A stretch of 35,176 nt of DNA from Deferribacteres bacterium. Lineage in GTDB: Bacteria; Thermosulfidibacterota; Thermosulfidibacteria; Thermosulfidibacterales; Thermosulfidibacteraceae. Of the stretch, positions 25,750 through 35,176 are shown piece by piece. Numbering within the stretch: position 1 is the stretch's first letter; each line of letters opens with the position of its first letter. The notes below the pieces were generated by a model that saw nothing but the letters and a program-made list of their open reading frames with translations, did no database searches and was not told where the DNA came from. The DNA lies in assembly GCA_013153205.1 (NCBI GenBank), contig JAADEW010000018.1, forward strand, positions 1 through 35,176, read 5' to 3'. Made by a program: the position numbers and the translations under genes.

Positions 25750-26825
25750 TGAAGGGAAAGGAACTTCTTTACACCATAGAACTGCTGGAACAGCAGAAGG
25801 GCATTCCCAAGGAGGCTATTATAGAACTGCTTGAGGAATCCATTTTGTCTGCGCTTAAAAAGAGGCTGGGTGAGGATTTGGACATAGAGGTCAGGCTTGA
25901 TGTTGAAACGGGTGACTTCAATGTTTTTCAGCTCAAGAAGGTGGTTAAAGACGGTGAGGTTAAGGATAGAAACAAGGAGATAGCCCTTTCCGATGCAAAA
26001 AAGATAGACCCGGAGGTGGAAGAGGGAGACGTAATAAGGGTTCCTTTTGCCATTGAGGGTATGGGAAGAATAGCCGCAAGGGCTACCATGCAGGCGCTGA
26101 CCCAGAAGCTAACCCAGCTTGAAAGGGATATTATATACAACACCTTTAAGAAGAAAGAGGGCGATATTGTTCAGGGGACGGTGCTTCGTGAGGAGAGGGG
26201 AAACATAATAGTTGACCTTATGGGAAAGGCTGAGGGGATTCTTCCTCCCAGAGAGCAGGTGAAGAACGAGCGCTACAGAAAGGGCGATACAATGAAGTTT
26301 TATGTCCTTGAGGTTAGAAGAGGAAGGGGAGGGGAGCCGAGAATCATCCTTTCCAGAACCCATCCACGGCTTCTGGAGCGCCTTTTTGAGAAGGAGATGC
26401 CGGAGGTGGTTGCGGGGCTTGTCAGCGTTAAGTCCGTTGCCAGAGACCCGGGTGAAAGGGCTAAGGTGGCGGTTGCCGCCAACGACCCGGAGATAGACCC
26501 TGTGGGCGCCTGCATCGGCGTAAGGGGTGCCAGAATACAGGGGATAGTCAGGGAGCTTCACGGTGAGAACATAGATGTGGTGCTCTACTCCGATGACCCG
26601 AAGGAGTTTATAGCCAATGCGTTAAAGCCTGCCCGGGTGAGAAAGATAATAATTGACGAGGAGAATAAAGAGGCGAAGGTTATTGTGGACGACGACCAGT
26701 TTTCTCTTGCTCTGGGGAGAAGAGGTCAGAATGTCAGGCTGGCCGCTAAACTTACGGGATGGAAGATAGACATAAAAACCGTTAGCGAATACGGACTTTC
26801 GGAGCTGGAGGAAGGTGAAGATTGA
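25749..26825 (+). CDS. nusA: Transcription termination/antitermination factor NusA
   Basis: N-terminal domain LEQQKGIPKEAIIELLEESI, S1-like GDIVQGTVLREERGNIIVDL, KH motifs CIGVRGARIQGIVREL and ALGRRGQNVRLAAKLTGWKIDI. No C-terminal AR repeats. Confidence 0.9.
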   Translation: MKGKELLYTIELLEQQKGIPKEAIIELLEESILSALKKRLGEDLDIEVRLDVETGDFNVFQLKKVVKDGEVKDRNKEIALSDAKKIDPEVEEGDVIRVPFAIEGMGRIAARATMQALTQKLTQLERDIIYNTFKKKEGDIVQGTVLREERGNIIVDLMGKAEGILPPREQVKNERYRKGDTMKFYVLEVRRGRGGEPRIILSRTHPRLLERLFEKEMPEVVAGLVSVKSVARDPGERAKVAVAANDPEIDPVGACIGVRGARIQGIVRELHGENIDVVLYSDDPKEFIANALKPARVRKIIIDEENKEAKVIVDDDQFSLALGRRGQNVRLAAKLTGWKIDIKTVSEYGLSELEEGED

Positions 26826-27405
26826 GCCTGTCAGGATGTGTGTCGGTTGCAGAAAAAGGGACAGCAAGTATAGATTTTTGAGGTTCGTGGAAAGGGACGG
26901 CAGGCTTTTTTTTGACCCTGATTATAAAGCTTCCGGGAGGGGAGTGAACATCTGTCCTGACCCTGACTGCTTTGAAAGAGCTTTCAGGAAAAATCTGTTT
27001 GAAAGGGCGCTGAAGACGAAAGTAGAGCTTCCCGGAAGCTGTGAGGAGCTTATTGAAGAGGTTAAAAAACTCCTCAAAGACAGAATCGTTAATGCGGTGA
27101 GGATGGGGCTTAAGTTCAGAGGAGTGGTGCTGGGAAGGGATGCCGTTGAGGCTGAGGCGAGGAGAAAAAGGCTGGCTGTTGTGATTTTGGCGGAGGACCT
27201 TTCCGAAAGGAGCAAGAAGGATATAAGTCGCTTGAATGTAAAGAAGTTTGAGCTTTTTACCAAAGAGCAGTGGGGCGATTTTTTGAACAGAAAGCCGGTG
27301 GGAATTATCGGTATAGTTGATAAGGGGCTTGCCAAGAAGCTTTCTTTACTTATAGAAAAGTATGTTTCCTTAAATAGAAGGGGGAGTTTAGATGGCAAGA
27401 AGTGA
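26815..27405 (+). CDS. ylxR: Fused YlxR (DUF448) and YlxQ (L7Ae-family) protein
   Basis: N-terminal half [19 protein letters not shown]...[16 protein letters not shown] is DUF448. The C-terminal half, [40 protein letters not shown]...[13 protein letters not shown], resembles B. subtilis YlxQ. Start is GTG 26815 or ATG 26836. Confidence 0.75.
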   Translation: MKIEPVRMCVGCRKRDSKYRFLRFVERDGRLFFDPDYKASGRGVNICPDPDCFERAFRKNLFERALKTKVELPGSCEELIEEVKKLLKDRIVNAVRMGLKFRGVVLGRDAVEAEARRKRLAVVILAEDLSERSKKDISRLNVKKFELFTKEQWGDFLNRKPVGIIGIVDKGLAKKLSLLIEKYVSLNRRGSLDGKK

Positions 27406-29812
27406 CAGGATAAGGGTGCATCAGATAGCCAAAGAGATGGGTCTATCCAGTAAGGAGATTATAGACGGTCTCAAAGAGATGGGTATTCCTGCAAAAAGCC
27501 ACATGAGTTCAATTACTCAGGACGAATACGATAAGTTCATTGAATACATGAAGGCGAAGCTTGAGATAGAAAAGAGAAAGAAAGAGAAGAAGGAAAAAGA
27601 GAAAGCCGTTAAGGATAAGGAAAAAGCGGAAAAAGAGGTTGCTAAGGCGAAGAAAGAGGAGAAAAAGCCTGAAAAGAAGGAGGCTTCCGGGCCCGAGGTG
27701 AAGGTGAAAAAGCCTGAGGCTGAAAAGGCCGTTGAAAAGCCTGAGAAAAAGCCTGAGCGCAAGGCTGTTAAGGAGAAAGAGAAGGAGAAGCCTTCACCTA
27801 AAGCCAAAAAGGCGCAGGAGAAAAAGCTTGAGCCAAAACCTGAGGCTGAGAAGAAGGCTTCCGTAAAGCCGGAGGATGTTAAAGGGGTTATAGAGAAGTT
27901 TGAGGAAAAGAAGGAGAAGAAAGAGGAGAAGGAAGAGAGAAAGATAATAGAGCCCGTCTATATTCCCATAAGAACCAGAAAGCCCAAGCGCAGAAAGAAA
28001 AAGAAAAAGGAAGAGATTGACATAGAGGAGCTGAGAGCCGCCGAGCTCAAGGCTCGGGTTGACTTTGATGCCGGCACCATAAAGCTTCCGGAGTCGGTGT
28101 CGGTCAGGGAGCTTGCCTTTATGCTGGAGGAGGAAGAAGAGACCATTCAGGAGCTTCTCAAGAGCAAAGGGATACCTGCAACGCTGACACAGGTTCTTCC
28201 TTACGATGTGGCGAAAATGGTCTGTGAGGAGTTTGGCTTTGAGGTTGTTCCCGAATCTGACGAGGCGGTTCCTCAGGAGGTTGAGAAGGAGGACGAGAGC
28301 AAGCTCGTTCCCCGTCCGCCTGTGGTTACCGTTATGGGACATGTTGACCACGGCAAGACCACCCTTCTGGATTACATAAGGAACACCAATGTGGCGGCAA
28401 GGGAAGCGGGTGGTATAACCCAGCACATAGGAGCTTATAAGGTGAAGCTTCCGGAAGGGGAGATAACCTTTATAGACACCCCCGGCCACCATGCCTTTAC
28501 CACCATGAGGGCGAGGGGTGCGAGGGTTACGGATATAGTGGTTCTCGTGGTTGCCGCCGACGATGGAGTTATGCCCCAGACCGTTGAGGCTATCAACCAC
28601 GCCAAAGCGGCGGGAGTTCCCATTATAGTGGCTATAAACAAGATAGATAAGCCCAACGCCAACCCCGACAGGGTTAAGCAGGAGCTTGCCAAACACGGGC
28701 TTGTTCCTGAAGAGTGGGGTGGTGATACCATTATGGTAGAGATATCCGCAAAGACCGGCCAGAATGTGGACGAGCTTCTTGAGATGATACTTCTTCAGGC
28801 GGAAATGCTTGAGCTGAAAGCCAATCCCGACAAACCGGCTAAAGGCACCGTTCTGGAGTCAAAACTTGACCCCAAAAGGGGTCCCGTTGCCACTTTGCTC
28901 GTTCAGGACGGAACGCTCAAGGTGGGAGATGCCTTTGTGGCGGGGCTTCACTGGGGTAAGGTCAGGGCAATGATAAACGAGCTGGGCGAAAGGCTTAAAG
29001 AAGCGGGACCGTCAACTCCCGTGGAGGTGCTTGGCCTTTCGGATGTGCCTCTGGCTGGAGAGCCCTTCTTTGTGGTTGAGAACGAGCGTAAAGCAAGAGA
29101 AATCAGTGAGGCAAGGAAGGAGAGAGCCAAGGAAATAGCCGCTGAGAGGCCGAGGCTTTCTCTGGAAGAGCTGATGAAGAAGCTTGCCGAGGGTGAGGCC
29201 AAGGAGCTCAGGATAGTGCTCAAAGCTGATGTTCAGGGCTCTCTGGAAGCGGTGAGGGAGGCTATAGAGAAGCTTTCCACCGATGAGGTCAGCGTTAAGG
29301 TGGTTCACTCCGGTGTGGGAGCCATAACGGAAACGGATGTGATGCTCGCTTCCGCTTCTCAGGCTATAATTATAGGCTTTAACGTCAGGCCCGACAGTCA
29401 GGCGAAGAAGGTGGCTGAAAGGGAGAATGTTGAGATAAGAACCTACAGGGTCATATACGAGCTCCTTGAGGATGTGAAGAAGGCTATGGCCGGCCTTCTT
29501 GAGCCCGAATACGAAGAGGTGGTTCTCGGAAGGGCTGAGGTGCGACAGGTCTTTAATGTTCCCAAGGTTGGCAGGGTGGCAGGCTGTTATGTGGTTGACG
29601 GTAAGATAACAAGGGGTGCCAACATCCGCGTTATAAGGGACGGGGTTATAGTCCACGAGGGTAAGCTCTCTTCTTTGAAGAGATTTAAGGAGGATGTGAA
29701 GGAAGTCTCTGCCGGGTATGAGTGCGGAATGGCTATAGAGGGCTTTCAGGACATAAAAGAGGGAGATATTATAGAGGCTTACGAGGTGAGGGAGATACAG
29801 AGGGAGCTTTAA
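27392..29812 (+). CDS. infB: Translation initiation factor IF-2
   Basis: N-terminus [25 protein letters not shown], then a K/E/P-rich linker. G domain has [21 protein letters not shown] and NKID. C-terminal domains are intact. Confidence 0.95.
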   Translation: MARSDRIRVHQIAKEMGLSSKEIIDGLKEMGIPAKSHMSSITQDEYDKFIEYMKAKLEIEKRKKEKKEKEKAVKDKEKAEKEVAKAKKEEKKPEKKEASGPEVKVKKPEAEKAVEKPEKKPERKAVKEKEKEKPSPKAKKAQEKKLEPKPEAEKKASVKPEDVKGVIEKFEEKKEKKEEKEERKIIEPVYIPIRTRKPKRRKKKKKEEIDIEELRAAELKARVDFDAGTIKLPESVSVRELAFMLEEEEETIQELLKSKGIPATLTQVLPYDVAKMVCEEFGFEVVPESDEAVPQEVEKEDESKLVPRPPVVTVMGHVDHGKTTLLDYIRNTNVAAREAGGITQHIGAYKVKLPEGEITFIDTPGHHAFTTMRARGARVTDIVVLVVAADDGVMPQTVEAINHAKAAGVPIIVAINKIDKPNANPDRVKQELAKHGLVPEEWGGDTIMVEISAKTGQNVDELLEMILLQAEMLELKANPDKPAKGTVLESKLDPKRGPVATLLVQDGTLKVGDAFVAGLHWGKVRAMINELGERLKEAGPSTPVEVLGLSDVPLAGEPFFVVENERKAREISEARKERAKEIAAERPRLSLEELMKKLAEGEAKELRIVLKADVQGSLEAVREAIEKLSTDEVSVKVVHSGVGAITETDVMLASASQAIIIGFNVRPDSQAKKVAERENVEIRTYRVIYELLEDVKKAMAGLLEPEYEEVVLGRAEVRQVFNVPKVGRVAGCYVVDGKITRGANIRVIRDGVIVHEGKLSSLKRFKEDVKEVSAGYECGMAIEGFQDIKEGDIIEAYEVREIQREL

Positions 29813-29814
29813 AG

Positions 29815-30096
29815 ATGGTAATAGGAAGCATGAGGATTATGGTGGAGATACCCGGTAACGACAACTTAAAGGGCAAAAGAAGGGTGGTTAAGGGGCTGAT
29901 AGAGAGGCTGAGGAACAAGTTCAACGTTTCCGTTTCCGAGATTGACCACCTTGATAAGCACCAGATAGCCACCTTGGGGGTGGCTCTTGTCAGCAATGAC
30001 GCCGCTTTTGCCAACAAAGTGCTTTCTCAGATTATCAACTTTGTTGAGGCGTATTCCGACGTTATGCTTTTAGACTACATGATAGAGATAATATGA
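29815..30096 (+). CDS. DUF503 (YlxP) family protein
   Basis: MVIGSMRIMVEIPGNDNLKGKRRVVKGLIERLRNKFNVSVSEIDHLDKHQIATLGVALVSND fits DUF503. ATG at 29815 lies 2 nt after the infB stop; the upstream part of the track ORF overlaps infB. Confidence 0.8.
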   Translation: MVIGSMRIMVEIPGNDNLKGKRRVVKGLIERLRNKFNVSVSEIDHLDKHQIATLGVALVSNDAAFANKVLSQIINFVEAYSDVMLLDYMIEII

Positions 30097-30461
30097 TGAG
30101 GGGATATAAGAGAACCGACAGGCTTTCCGAGCTTATAAAGCAGGAGATAGCGGAGCTTATAGTTGCCGGGGAGATTAAGGACCCCAGGATAGGCTTTGTT
30201 ACCATCACCCGGGTTAAGGTGAGCTCCGACCTTTCCTATGCGGACGTCTATTACAGCGTTATGGACGGAAAGTGGGACGAGACGAGAGAAGGGCTTGAGA
30301 GCTCGCGCTATTACATCCAGAGCTGTGTGGGGCGGGACTTGAGAATTAAGAAACTGCCTAAACTGCGGTTTTTTGAAGACAGGTCCCTGGATTACGTGGA
30401 GCACATAGAAAGTCTTCTTGAGAGGGTAAAAGGTGAAGGAGAGGATAGCGAAGATACTTGA
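30093..30461 (+). CDS. rbfA: Ribosome-binding factor A
   Basis: RTDRLSELIKQEIAELI...DPRIGFVTITRVKVSSDLSYADVYYSV...LRIKKLPKLRF. ATGA overlap with the upstream gene. Confidence 0.9.
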   Translation: MMRGYKRTDRLSELIKQEIAELIVAGEIKDPRIGFVTITRVKVSSDLSYADVYYSVMDGKWDETREGLESSRYYIQSCVGRDLRIKKLPKLRFFEDRSLDYVEHIESLLERVKGEGEDSEDT

Positions 30462-31383
30462 TGGGGCAAAAAGTATAGCCTGTTTTTTCCACAAAAACCC
30501 CGATGGGGATGCCGTGGGTTCTGCTTTAGCCGTTAAGAATTTCTACGGCGATAAAGTCACCGTCTATTCCCCCAGCAAGGTTCCGGAGGTGTATGAGTTT
30601 CTTCCGGGAGTGGAGGAGATAGTGGTTTACCCGGATTTTTCCGAGGTTGCCCCTTCTGAGGTCTTTCTCGTTCTTGATTGTGCAGACGAAAGAAGGGTTC
30701 CTTCTTTTGATAAAAGCCGTGCTGATGTGGTTGTTAACATAGACCACCACGAAACCAACACCCTTTTTGGAGATGTGAATCTGGTGGAGGCTGACAGGGC
30801 TTCAACTTCTGAAATCGTTTTTGATGTGCTCAAGCTGGCAAAAGGTGGCTCCATTACCCGTGAAGTTGCCGAGTGCGTATATACCGGGCTCTACACGGAC
30901 ACGGGAGGCTTTAAGTTTTCCAACACCAGTAAGCAGGCTTTTGAAGTGGCCGCGGAGCTTGTGGATTTGGGGGTGGAGCCTTCAAAGATAGCCACATATG
31001 TGTATGAGAGCTATCCTTTCAGAAGGATGAGGCTTCTGGCTTTGTCCCTTGCCACTTTAGAACTGCACCTTGGGGGCAGGGTCTCTTCCATGTATGTGAC
31101 CCGGAAGATGTTTGAGGAGACCTCTTCCTATCCCGAGGATACGGAGGATTTCGTAAACTACACCCGCTCCATCAAAGGGGTTGAGGTGGGCATATTTTTG
31201 AGGGAGCTTTCCGGTGGTGGAGTGAAGGTGAGCCTCAGGTCAAAGTCGCAGGTTAACGTGGCGGAAATAGCTTCGTCTTTCGGGGGTGGGGGACACTTTA
31301 ACGCCGCCGGATGTGAGATGGACTGTTCCGTTGAGGAGGCGAAGCACCTTCTTATAGAGGCTGTTTCCCGGGTGCTCGCTTAA
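30433..31383 (+). CDS. nrnA: DHH/DHHA1 phosphoesterase (NrnA-like oligoribonuclease/pAp phosphatase)
   Basis: FFHKNPDGDAVGSALA, LVLDCAD, NIDHHETN (DHH), and the DHHA1 motif GGGGHFNAAG. GTG start at 30433. Confidence 0.8.
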   Translation: MKERIAKILDGAKSIACFFHKNPDGDAVGSALAVKNFYGDKVTVYSPSKVPEVYEFLPGVEEIVVYPDFSEVAPSEVFLVLDCADERRVPSFDKSRADVVVNIDHHETNTLFGDVNLVEADRASTSEIVFDVLKLAKGGSITREVAECVYTGLYTDTGGFKFSNTSKQAFEVAAELVDLGVEPSKIATYVYESYPFRRMRLLALSLATLELHLGGRVSSMYVTRKMFEETSSYPEDTEDFVNYTRSIKGVEVGIFLRELSGGGVKVSLRSKSQVNVAEIASSFGGGGHFNAAGCEMDCSVEEAKHLLIEAVSRVLA

Positions 31384-31392
31384 AGAGCTGAT

Positions 31393-32988
31393 ATGCCGAA
31401 AGTTAAACGCCTTTCTCCCCTTGTGATAAAGAGGATTGCGGCGGGTGAGGTGGTTGAGCGTCCTGCCTCTGTGGTTAAGGAGCTCGTTGAAAACTCTCTG
31501 GATGCCGATTCTTCCCGTATTGTCGTCAGGGTTGAAGATGGGGGAAAAAGGCTCATTGAGGTTTCCGATAACGGCACCGGCATGTCCGAGGAAGATGCCC
31601 TTTTAGCGGTTGAGAGATATACCACCAGCAAGATAGAGAGCCCCTCTGACCTTGAGGCTATAACCACCCTCGGTTTCAGGGGTGAGGCTCTTTACGCTAT
31701 CTCTTCCGTCTCCATGTTTGTGATGACGACAAAAAGGGAAGAGGACGATGTGGGCACGAAGGTTGTGGTTCACGGTGGTGTGCTTAAAGAGGTGTCCAGG
31801 GTGCCAAGGGAGAGAGGAACCACCGTCTCCGTTAGAAACCTCTTTTTCAACCTGAGGGCAAGGAGAAAGTTTCTGAGGTCAAAAAGAACGGAAGAAAGCC
31901 ATGTGAGAAGGGTTTTAATGGAGTATGCCGTCTGCTGTCCCCATGTGGAGTTTGAATACTATGAAGATGGCCAGCCTTATTTTCTGCTTCCCCGGGCATC
32001 TGTTGAGGACAGGCTGTCAACCCTTCTCGGCGATGTTATTGATGAGAAAGCTCTTGAAGATGATGGGCTTGTTCTAAAACTCTTTCTGGTTAAAACCGCA
32101 AGGTTTCAGGGGGATATATTCTTCTTTGTCAACAAAAGGGCTGTGTGGGAGCGGGCTCTTTTTGCCTCAATAAGAAGACAGCTGAAGCAAAAGTTTTTAA
32201 GCTGGGAACTGCCTGCGGTGGTTCTTTTTGCTGAGGTTAATCCCGCAATGATAGATGTTAACGTTCATCCCTCCAAAAGGGAGGTCAAGTTTAAGGAGAG
32301 GGAGAAGCTTTTTGAAAAGGTGCTTTCTATGATTTCGGAAAAGAAATCCTTTCTGTCCGATGCATCGGGCACTTCTTATCCTTTCCGGTGGAAAAAGCCG
32401 GATAGGGGGCAGGAATCCACTCAGCTTACACTTGAGACTGGAGGCGGAGAGGAAGCCCTCTCTTACAGGTTTGTCGGGGAATATGCGGGTGTTTTCCTTT
32501 TATACGAGGATTTGGAGTCCGGGGATTTGGTTGTCGTTGACAAACACGCCTTTCACGAAAGGCTCATCTTTGACGCCATATTGGGTGATGATGCGGGAAA
32601 ACAGCCGGTTTTCATACCTTTTCCGGGATTGAAGGAGCTGGCTTGCTATGAAAAACTCTTTTCCTTTTTAGGCTTTGATGTTGACTTTGAAAGCGAGGTT
32701 GTTCTTTCCGTTCCCTCGTGGGCTCGGGGGAGGGAGGAATCCGTTATCTCAGAGCTGTGCTTTCTCATGAAGAATGAGGAGGTTTCGGACCTGTCCCACG
32801 AAGAGCTTGCAAGAAAAGCGTGCAGAGCCGCCGTTAAGGCGGGGGATACCACCTCGTATGTGGATGCAGGCTTTGTTATAAAGGTGTTGCAGAGAAGGGG
32901 ATTTGACCTTTCTTGTCCCCACGGCAGACCTGTGGTAGTGAGGTTAAAGAAGAGCGATTTTGAATCTTTCTTTAAAAGGAGGAGATGA
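31393..32988 (+). CDS. mutL: DNA mismatch repair protein MutL (endonuclease type)
   Basis: GHKL ATPase N-terminus IKRIAAGEVVERPASVVKELVENSLDA and DNGTGM. C-terminal endonuclease motif DKHAFHERLIFD (32539-32574), plus ACRAAVKAGD and CPHGRP motifs. Compact at 531 aa. Confidence 0.9.
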   Translation: MPKVKRLSPLVIKRIAAGEVVERPASVVKELVENSLDADSSRIVVRVEDGGKRLIEVSDNGTGMSEEDALLAVERYTTSKIESPSDLEAITTLGFRGEALYAISSVSMFVMTTKREEDDVGTKVVVHGGVLKEVSRVPRERGTTVSVRNLFFNLRARRKFLRSKRTEESHVRRVLMEYAVCCPHVEFEYYEDGQPYFLLPRASVEDRLSTLLGDVIDEKALEDDGLVLKLFLVKTARFQGDIFFFVNKRAVWERALFASIRRQLKQKFLSWELPAVVLFAEVNPAMIDVNVHPSKREVKFKEREKLFEKVLSMISEKKSFLSDASGTSYPFRWKKPDRGQESTQLTLETGGGEEALSYRFVGEYAGVFLLYEDLESGDLVVVDKHAFHERLIFDAILGDDAGKQPVFIPFPGLKELACYEKLFSFLGFDVDFESEVVLSVPSWARGREESVISELCFLMKNEEVSDLSHEELARKACRAAVKAGDTTSYVDAGFVIKVLQRRGFDLSCPHGRPVVVRLKKSDFESFFKRRR

Positions 32989-33230
32989 TGCCGGGAAGTG
33001 AACTTTTGAAAGAGACCCTTACCATGTATTCCGAGGTTTCGCTCATATATGTGGTGAACGCGTGCAAACAGCTGGTTAAAGAGGGTGTTCCTGAAGATTT
33101 GGAAGGGGTTATGGACAGGGTGGAGAAGCTCAAGGTTCTGGGCGAGCTGATTAACAGGGCGCTTGATGCCATGTATGCCGCTGAGGACATGGATATGAGG
33201 GATTATGGAGACCTTGAAGACGGATTTTAG
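32988..33230 (+). CDS. Small hypothetical protein (~80 aa, predicted helical, acidic C-terminus)
   Basis: The ORF is translationally coupled to the mutL stop (AGGAGATGATG). It lies in the sense orientation between two coupled genes. No motif recognised. Confidence 0.5.
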   Translation: MPGSELLKETLTMYSEVSLIYVVNACKQLVKEGVPEDLEGVMDRVEKLKVLGELINRALDAMYAAEDMDMRDYGDLEDGF

Positions 33231-33240
33231 GAGGTAGGGT

Positions 33241-34968
33241 ATGAGGCTTACCAGATATCACATGCCCACTTTGAGGGAGAAACCTGCGGAGGCTGAAATA
33301 CCGAGCCACAGCCTGATGCTGAGAGCCGGCATGGTCAGGAAGCTTGCCGCCGGTATATACTCTTTTCTGCCTTTGGGCTGGAGGGTGGTGAAAAAGATTA
33401 TGGAGATAGTGAGAGAGGAGATGGACAGAGCCGGTGCCCTTGAGGTGTTTCTTCCCGTTGTTCAGCCGGCGGAGCTGTGGATGGAGTCGGGGAGGTGGTC
33501 CGTTTTCGGGAAGGAGCTTTTGAGGTTCAAGGACAGAAACCAGAGGGACTTCTGCCTCGGTCCCACTCACGAGGAGGTCATAGTGGACCTGGTGAGGGGA
33601 GAGGTCCGTTCTTACAAACAGCTTCCGCTGAATCTCTATCAGATTCACATAAAGTTTAGAGACGAGGCAAGACCCAGATTTGGCATTATAAGGGCGCGGG
33701 AGTTTATAATGAAGGATGCCTACTCCTTTGATAAGGACTGGGAGTCGCTGGATAGGTCCTACAACGCCATGTATGAAGCTTACAGCCGAATCTTTAAGAG
33801 ATGCGGTCTTGACTTTGTGGTGGTGGAAGCGGAATCCGGGGCTATAGGGGGGGATGTTTCCCACGAGTTTATGGTGTGGGCACCCAACGGTGAGGATACC
33901 ATCGTTTACTGCCGGTCGTGTGGGTATGCCGCCAACCTTGAAAGAGCCGCTTCCAGGGAGGTGGAGACTTCCCCTTCCGAACAGCCGGCTGACCCGGAAA
34001 AGGTTCACACCCCTGATGTGAGGACCATAGATGAGGTGAGCGCCTTCCTCAAAATAGAGCCGTCAAGGCTTTTAAAGTCTTTGATTTACAAAACCGAGAA
34101 GGGGTATGTGCTCTTTCTGATTCCGGGAGACAGGGAGCTTAACGAGGCGAAGGCGAAAAGGGCGGCAGGGGTTGAGACTCTTGAGATGGCTGACCCTGCT
34201 GAGGTTTATGAGATAGCCGGGGCATCGGTAGGCTTTGTGGGTCCCGTTGGACTGAAGAAGAGGATTACGGTTATAGCAGACAGAAGCGTAAAATCCGGGG
34301 TGAATTTTGTGTCCGGTGCCAACGAGGACGACTACCACATAGTCAACATAACGCCGGAAAAGGATTTTGAGGTGGACGGATACGAGGACATAGTTTTTGC
34401 CGCTCCCGGAGACCTCTGTCCGAAATGCGGTTCTCCCCTTGAATTTTCCAAGGGAATTGAGGTGGGGCACATATTTAAGCTTGGCACCAAATACAGCGAG
34501 CCCATGAAGGCGTATTTCCTTGACGAAGACGGAAAGGAAAAGCCTTTTGTTATGGGATGTTACGGCATAGGTGTGACCAGAATAGCCGCGGCTGTGATAG
34601 AGCAGAGGCACGACGACAACGGGATAATGTGGCCCATAACCATCTCTCCTTTTGAGGTCTATCTTCTTGCCACCAACATGAAGAACGAGAAGGTGAAAGA
34701 GGTTTCGGAAAAGCTGTATCAAGGCCTTCTTGATGAGGGTATAGAGGTGCTCTACGATGACAGAGATGAGCGGGCAGGGGTCAAGTTTAAGGATGCTGAC
34801 CTTGTGGGCATACCTGTGAGGGTTACAGTGGGAGAAAGAAGGGTTGCAAACGACGAGGTGGAGATAAAGCTCAGGCACTCAAAAGAGACGCTGGTCTGTT
34901 CCGTGGATGAGGCGGTGGACAGGGTGAAGGAGATTGTGAAACAGCTTTACGAGGAGCTTGAGGCTTGA
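33241..34968 (+). CDS. proS: Proline--tRNA ligase (bacterial type with INS editing domain)
   Basis: [34 protein letters not shown], class II motifs [25 protein letters not shown] and [10 protein letters not shown], a central insertion domain, and a C-terminal anticodon-binding domain. Confidence 0.95.
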   Translation: MRLTRYHMPTLREKPAEAEIPSHSLMLRAGMVRKLAAGIYSFLPLGWRVVKKIMEIVREEMDRAGALEVFLPVVQPAELWMESGRWSVFGKELLRFKDRNQRDFCLGPTHEEVIVDLVRGEVRSYKQLPLNLYQIHIKFRDEARPRFGIIRAREFIMKDAYSFDKDWESLDRSYNAMYEAYSRIFKRCGLDFVVVEAESGAIGGDVSHEFMVWAPNGEDTIVYCRSCGYAANLERAASREVETSPSEQPADPEKVHTPDVRTIDEVSAFLKIEPSRLLKSLIYKTEKGYVLFLIPGDRELNEAKAKRAAGVETLEMADPAEVYEIAGASVGFVGPVGLKKRITVIADRSVKSGVNFVSGANEDDYHIVNITPEKDFEVDGYEDIVFAAPGDLCPKCGSPLEFSKGIEVGHIFKLGTKYSEPMKAYFLDEDGKEKPFVMGCYGIGVTRIAAAVIEQRHDDNGIMWPITISPFEVYLLATNMKNEKVKEVSEKLYQGLLDEGIEVLYDDRDERAGVKFKDADLVGIPVRVTVGERRVANDEVEIKLRHSKETLVCSVDEAVDRVKEIVKQLYEELEA

Positions 34969-35176
34969 GGAAGACGCTGGTTCTGCTTCTGCTTGTGGCG
35001 GTGGGATGTGCTTCCGGGGTGAAGAAGGAAGAGGTTGCCGCCTTGAAGAAAGAGCTTTCTATGTGCAAAGAGAGGCTTTCTGCCGTTGAGGAGAGGCAGT
35101 TTCTCATAGAGGCAAAGGTTGACGAAGCCCTTTCAAAGTGGGACATGTTTGAGAAGGCTGTCAAGAACATAAAGGC
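34965..35176 (+). CDS. Putative coiled-coil lipoprotein, 3'-truncated by window edge
   Basis: TTG at 34965 overlaps the proS stop. [14 protein letters not shown]|C is lipobox-like, followed by heptad-like [33 protein letters not shown]. The frame is open to the window end and is not in the supplied ORF track. Confidence 0.45.
   Translation, partial: MRKTLVLLLLVAVGCASGVKKEEVAALKKELSMCKERLSAVEERQFLIEAKVDEALSKWDMFEKAVKNIK

Noticed and set aside
27517-28010. Repetitive DNA that might be a CRISPR array or tandem repeat locus
   Set aside because: The repeats are short, imperfect, in-frame codon repeats (K/E/P) inside the infB linker. There is no repeat-spacer periodicity.
27794-28696. A 300-aa minus-strand ORF antisense to infB. 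Similar cases: 33151-34008, 34072-34878, 14150-14830, 11984-12667, 10746-11402, 17830-18276, 19181-19690
   Set aside because: All are fully embedded antisense to strongly conserved genes and have junk-like composition rich in H/R/L/P/G. They lack SD sequences and recur in the same relative frame, consistent with a codon-bias artefact.
34871-35170. A 99-aa minus-strand ORF at the window end
   Set aside because: It overlaps the proS 3' end and is antisense to a plus-strand frame. That plus-strand frame has a coupled TTG start, a lipobox-like signal and heptad repeats, and is a better explanation.

Overview
This is a compact, almost fully coding chromosomal window of about 41 CDS and 1 tRNA. 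It appears to come from a thermophilic diderm bacterium: proteins are rich in E/K/R/V/I, GGAGG Shine-Dalgarno sites are strong, and there are many 4-nt start/stop overlaps. An archaeal-type fructose-1,6-bisphosphate aldolase/phosphatase suggests a deep-branching lineage such as Aquificota or Thermodesulfobacteriota, but that is low-confidence inference. There are three strand blocks: + at 1-20485, - at 20482-25171, and + at 25249-35176. I saw no CRISPR array, IS element, integrase, prophage or recognisable defence genes.

Most of the content is housekeeping:
- surE-pcm-tRNA-Pro-LOG-like-nlpD
- ugd-yggT-yggU-mtnA-Zn-ribbon-ROK kinase-FBP aldolase/phosphatase
- ftsK
- bifunctional nuclease and miaB
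- a TRAP transporter, dctPQM
- rimP-nusA-ylxR/ylxQ-infB-ylxP-rbfA-nrnA
- mutL, a small orphan ORF, proS and a partial lipoprotein

The most unusual region is 1-7531. A cobalamin riboswitch, cut at its 5' end by the window edge and carrying a terminator expression platform, leads a tightly coupled gene string. That string encodes an OprB-like porin, a signal-peptide-bearing CbiK chelatase, an ABC-2 exporter-type transporter, BtuCDF, Bcp and CutA. I propose this as a TonB-independent corrinoid or cobalt acquisition/processing module. The combination, as far as I know, has not been characterised.

Other points worth a second look:
- an MCP with a heme-c (CXXCH) Tll0287-like sensor behind a sigma28-type promoter
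- a LOG-like CDS that has no canonical start and abuts the tRNA 3' end
- apparently leaderless ftsK and miaB
- a YlxR-YlxQ fusion

All calls rest on motif recognition by eye. No searches were run.
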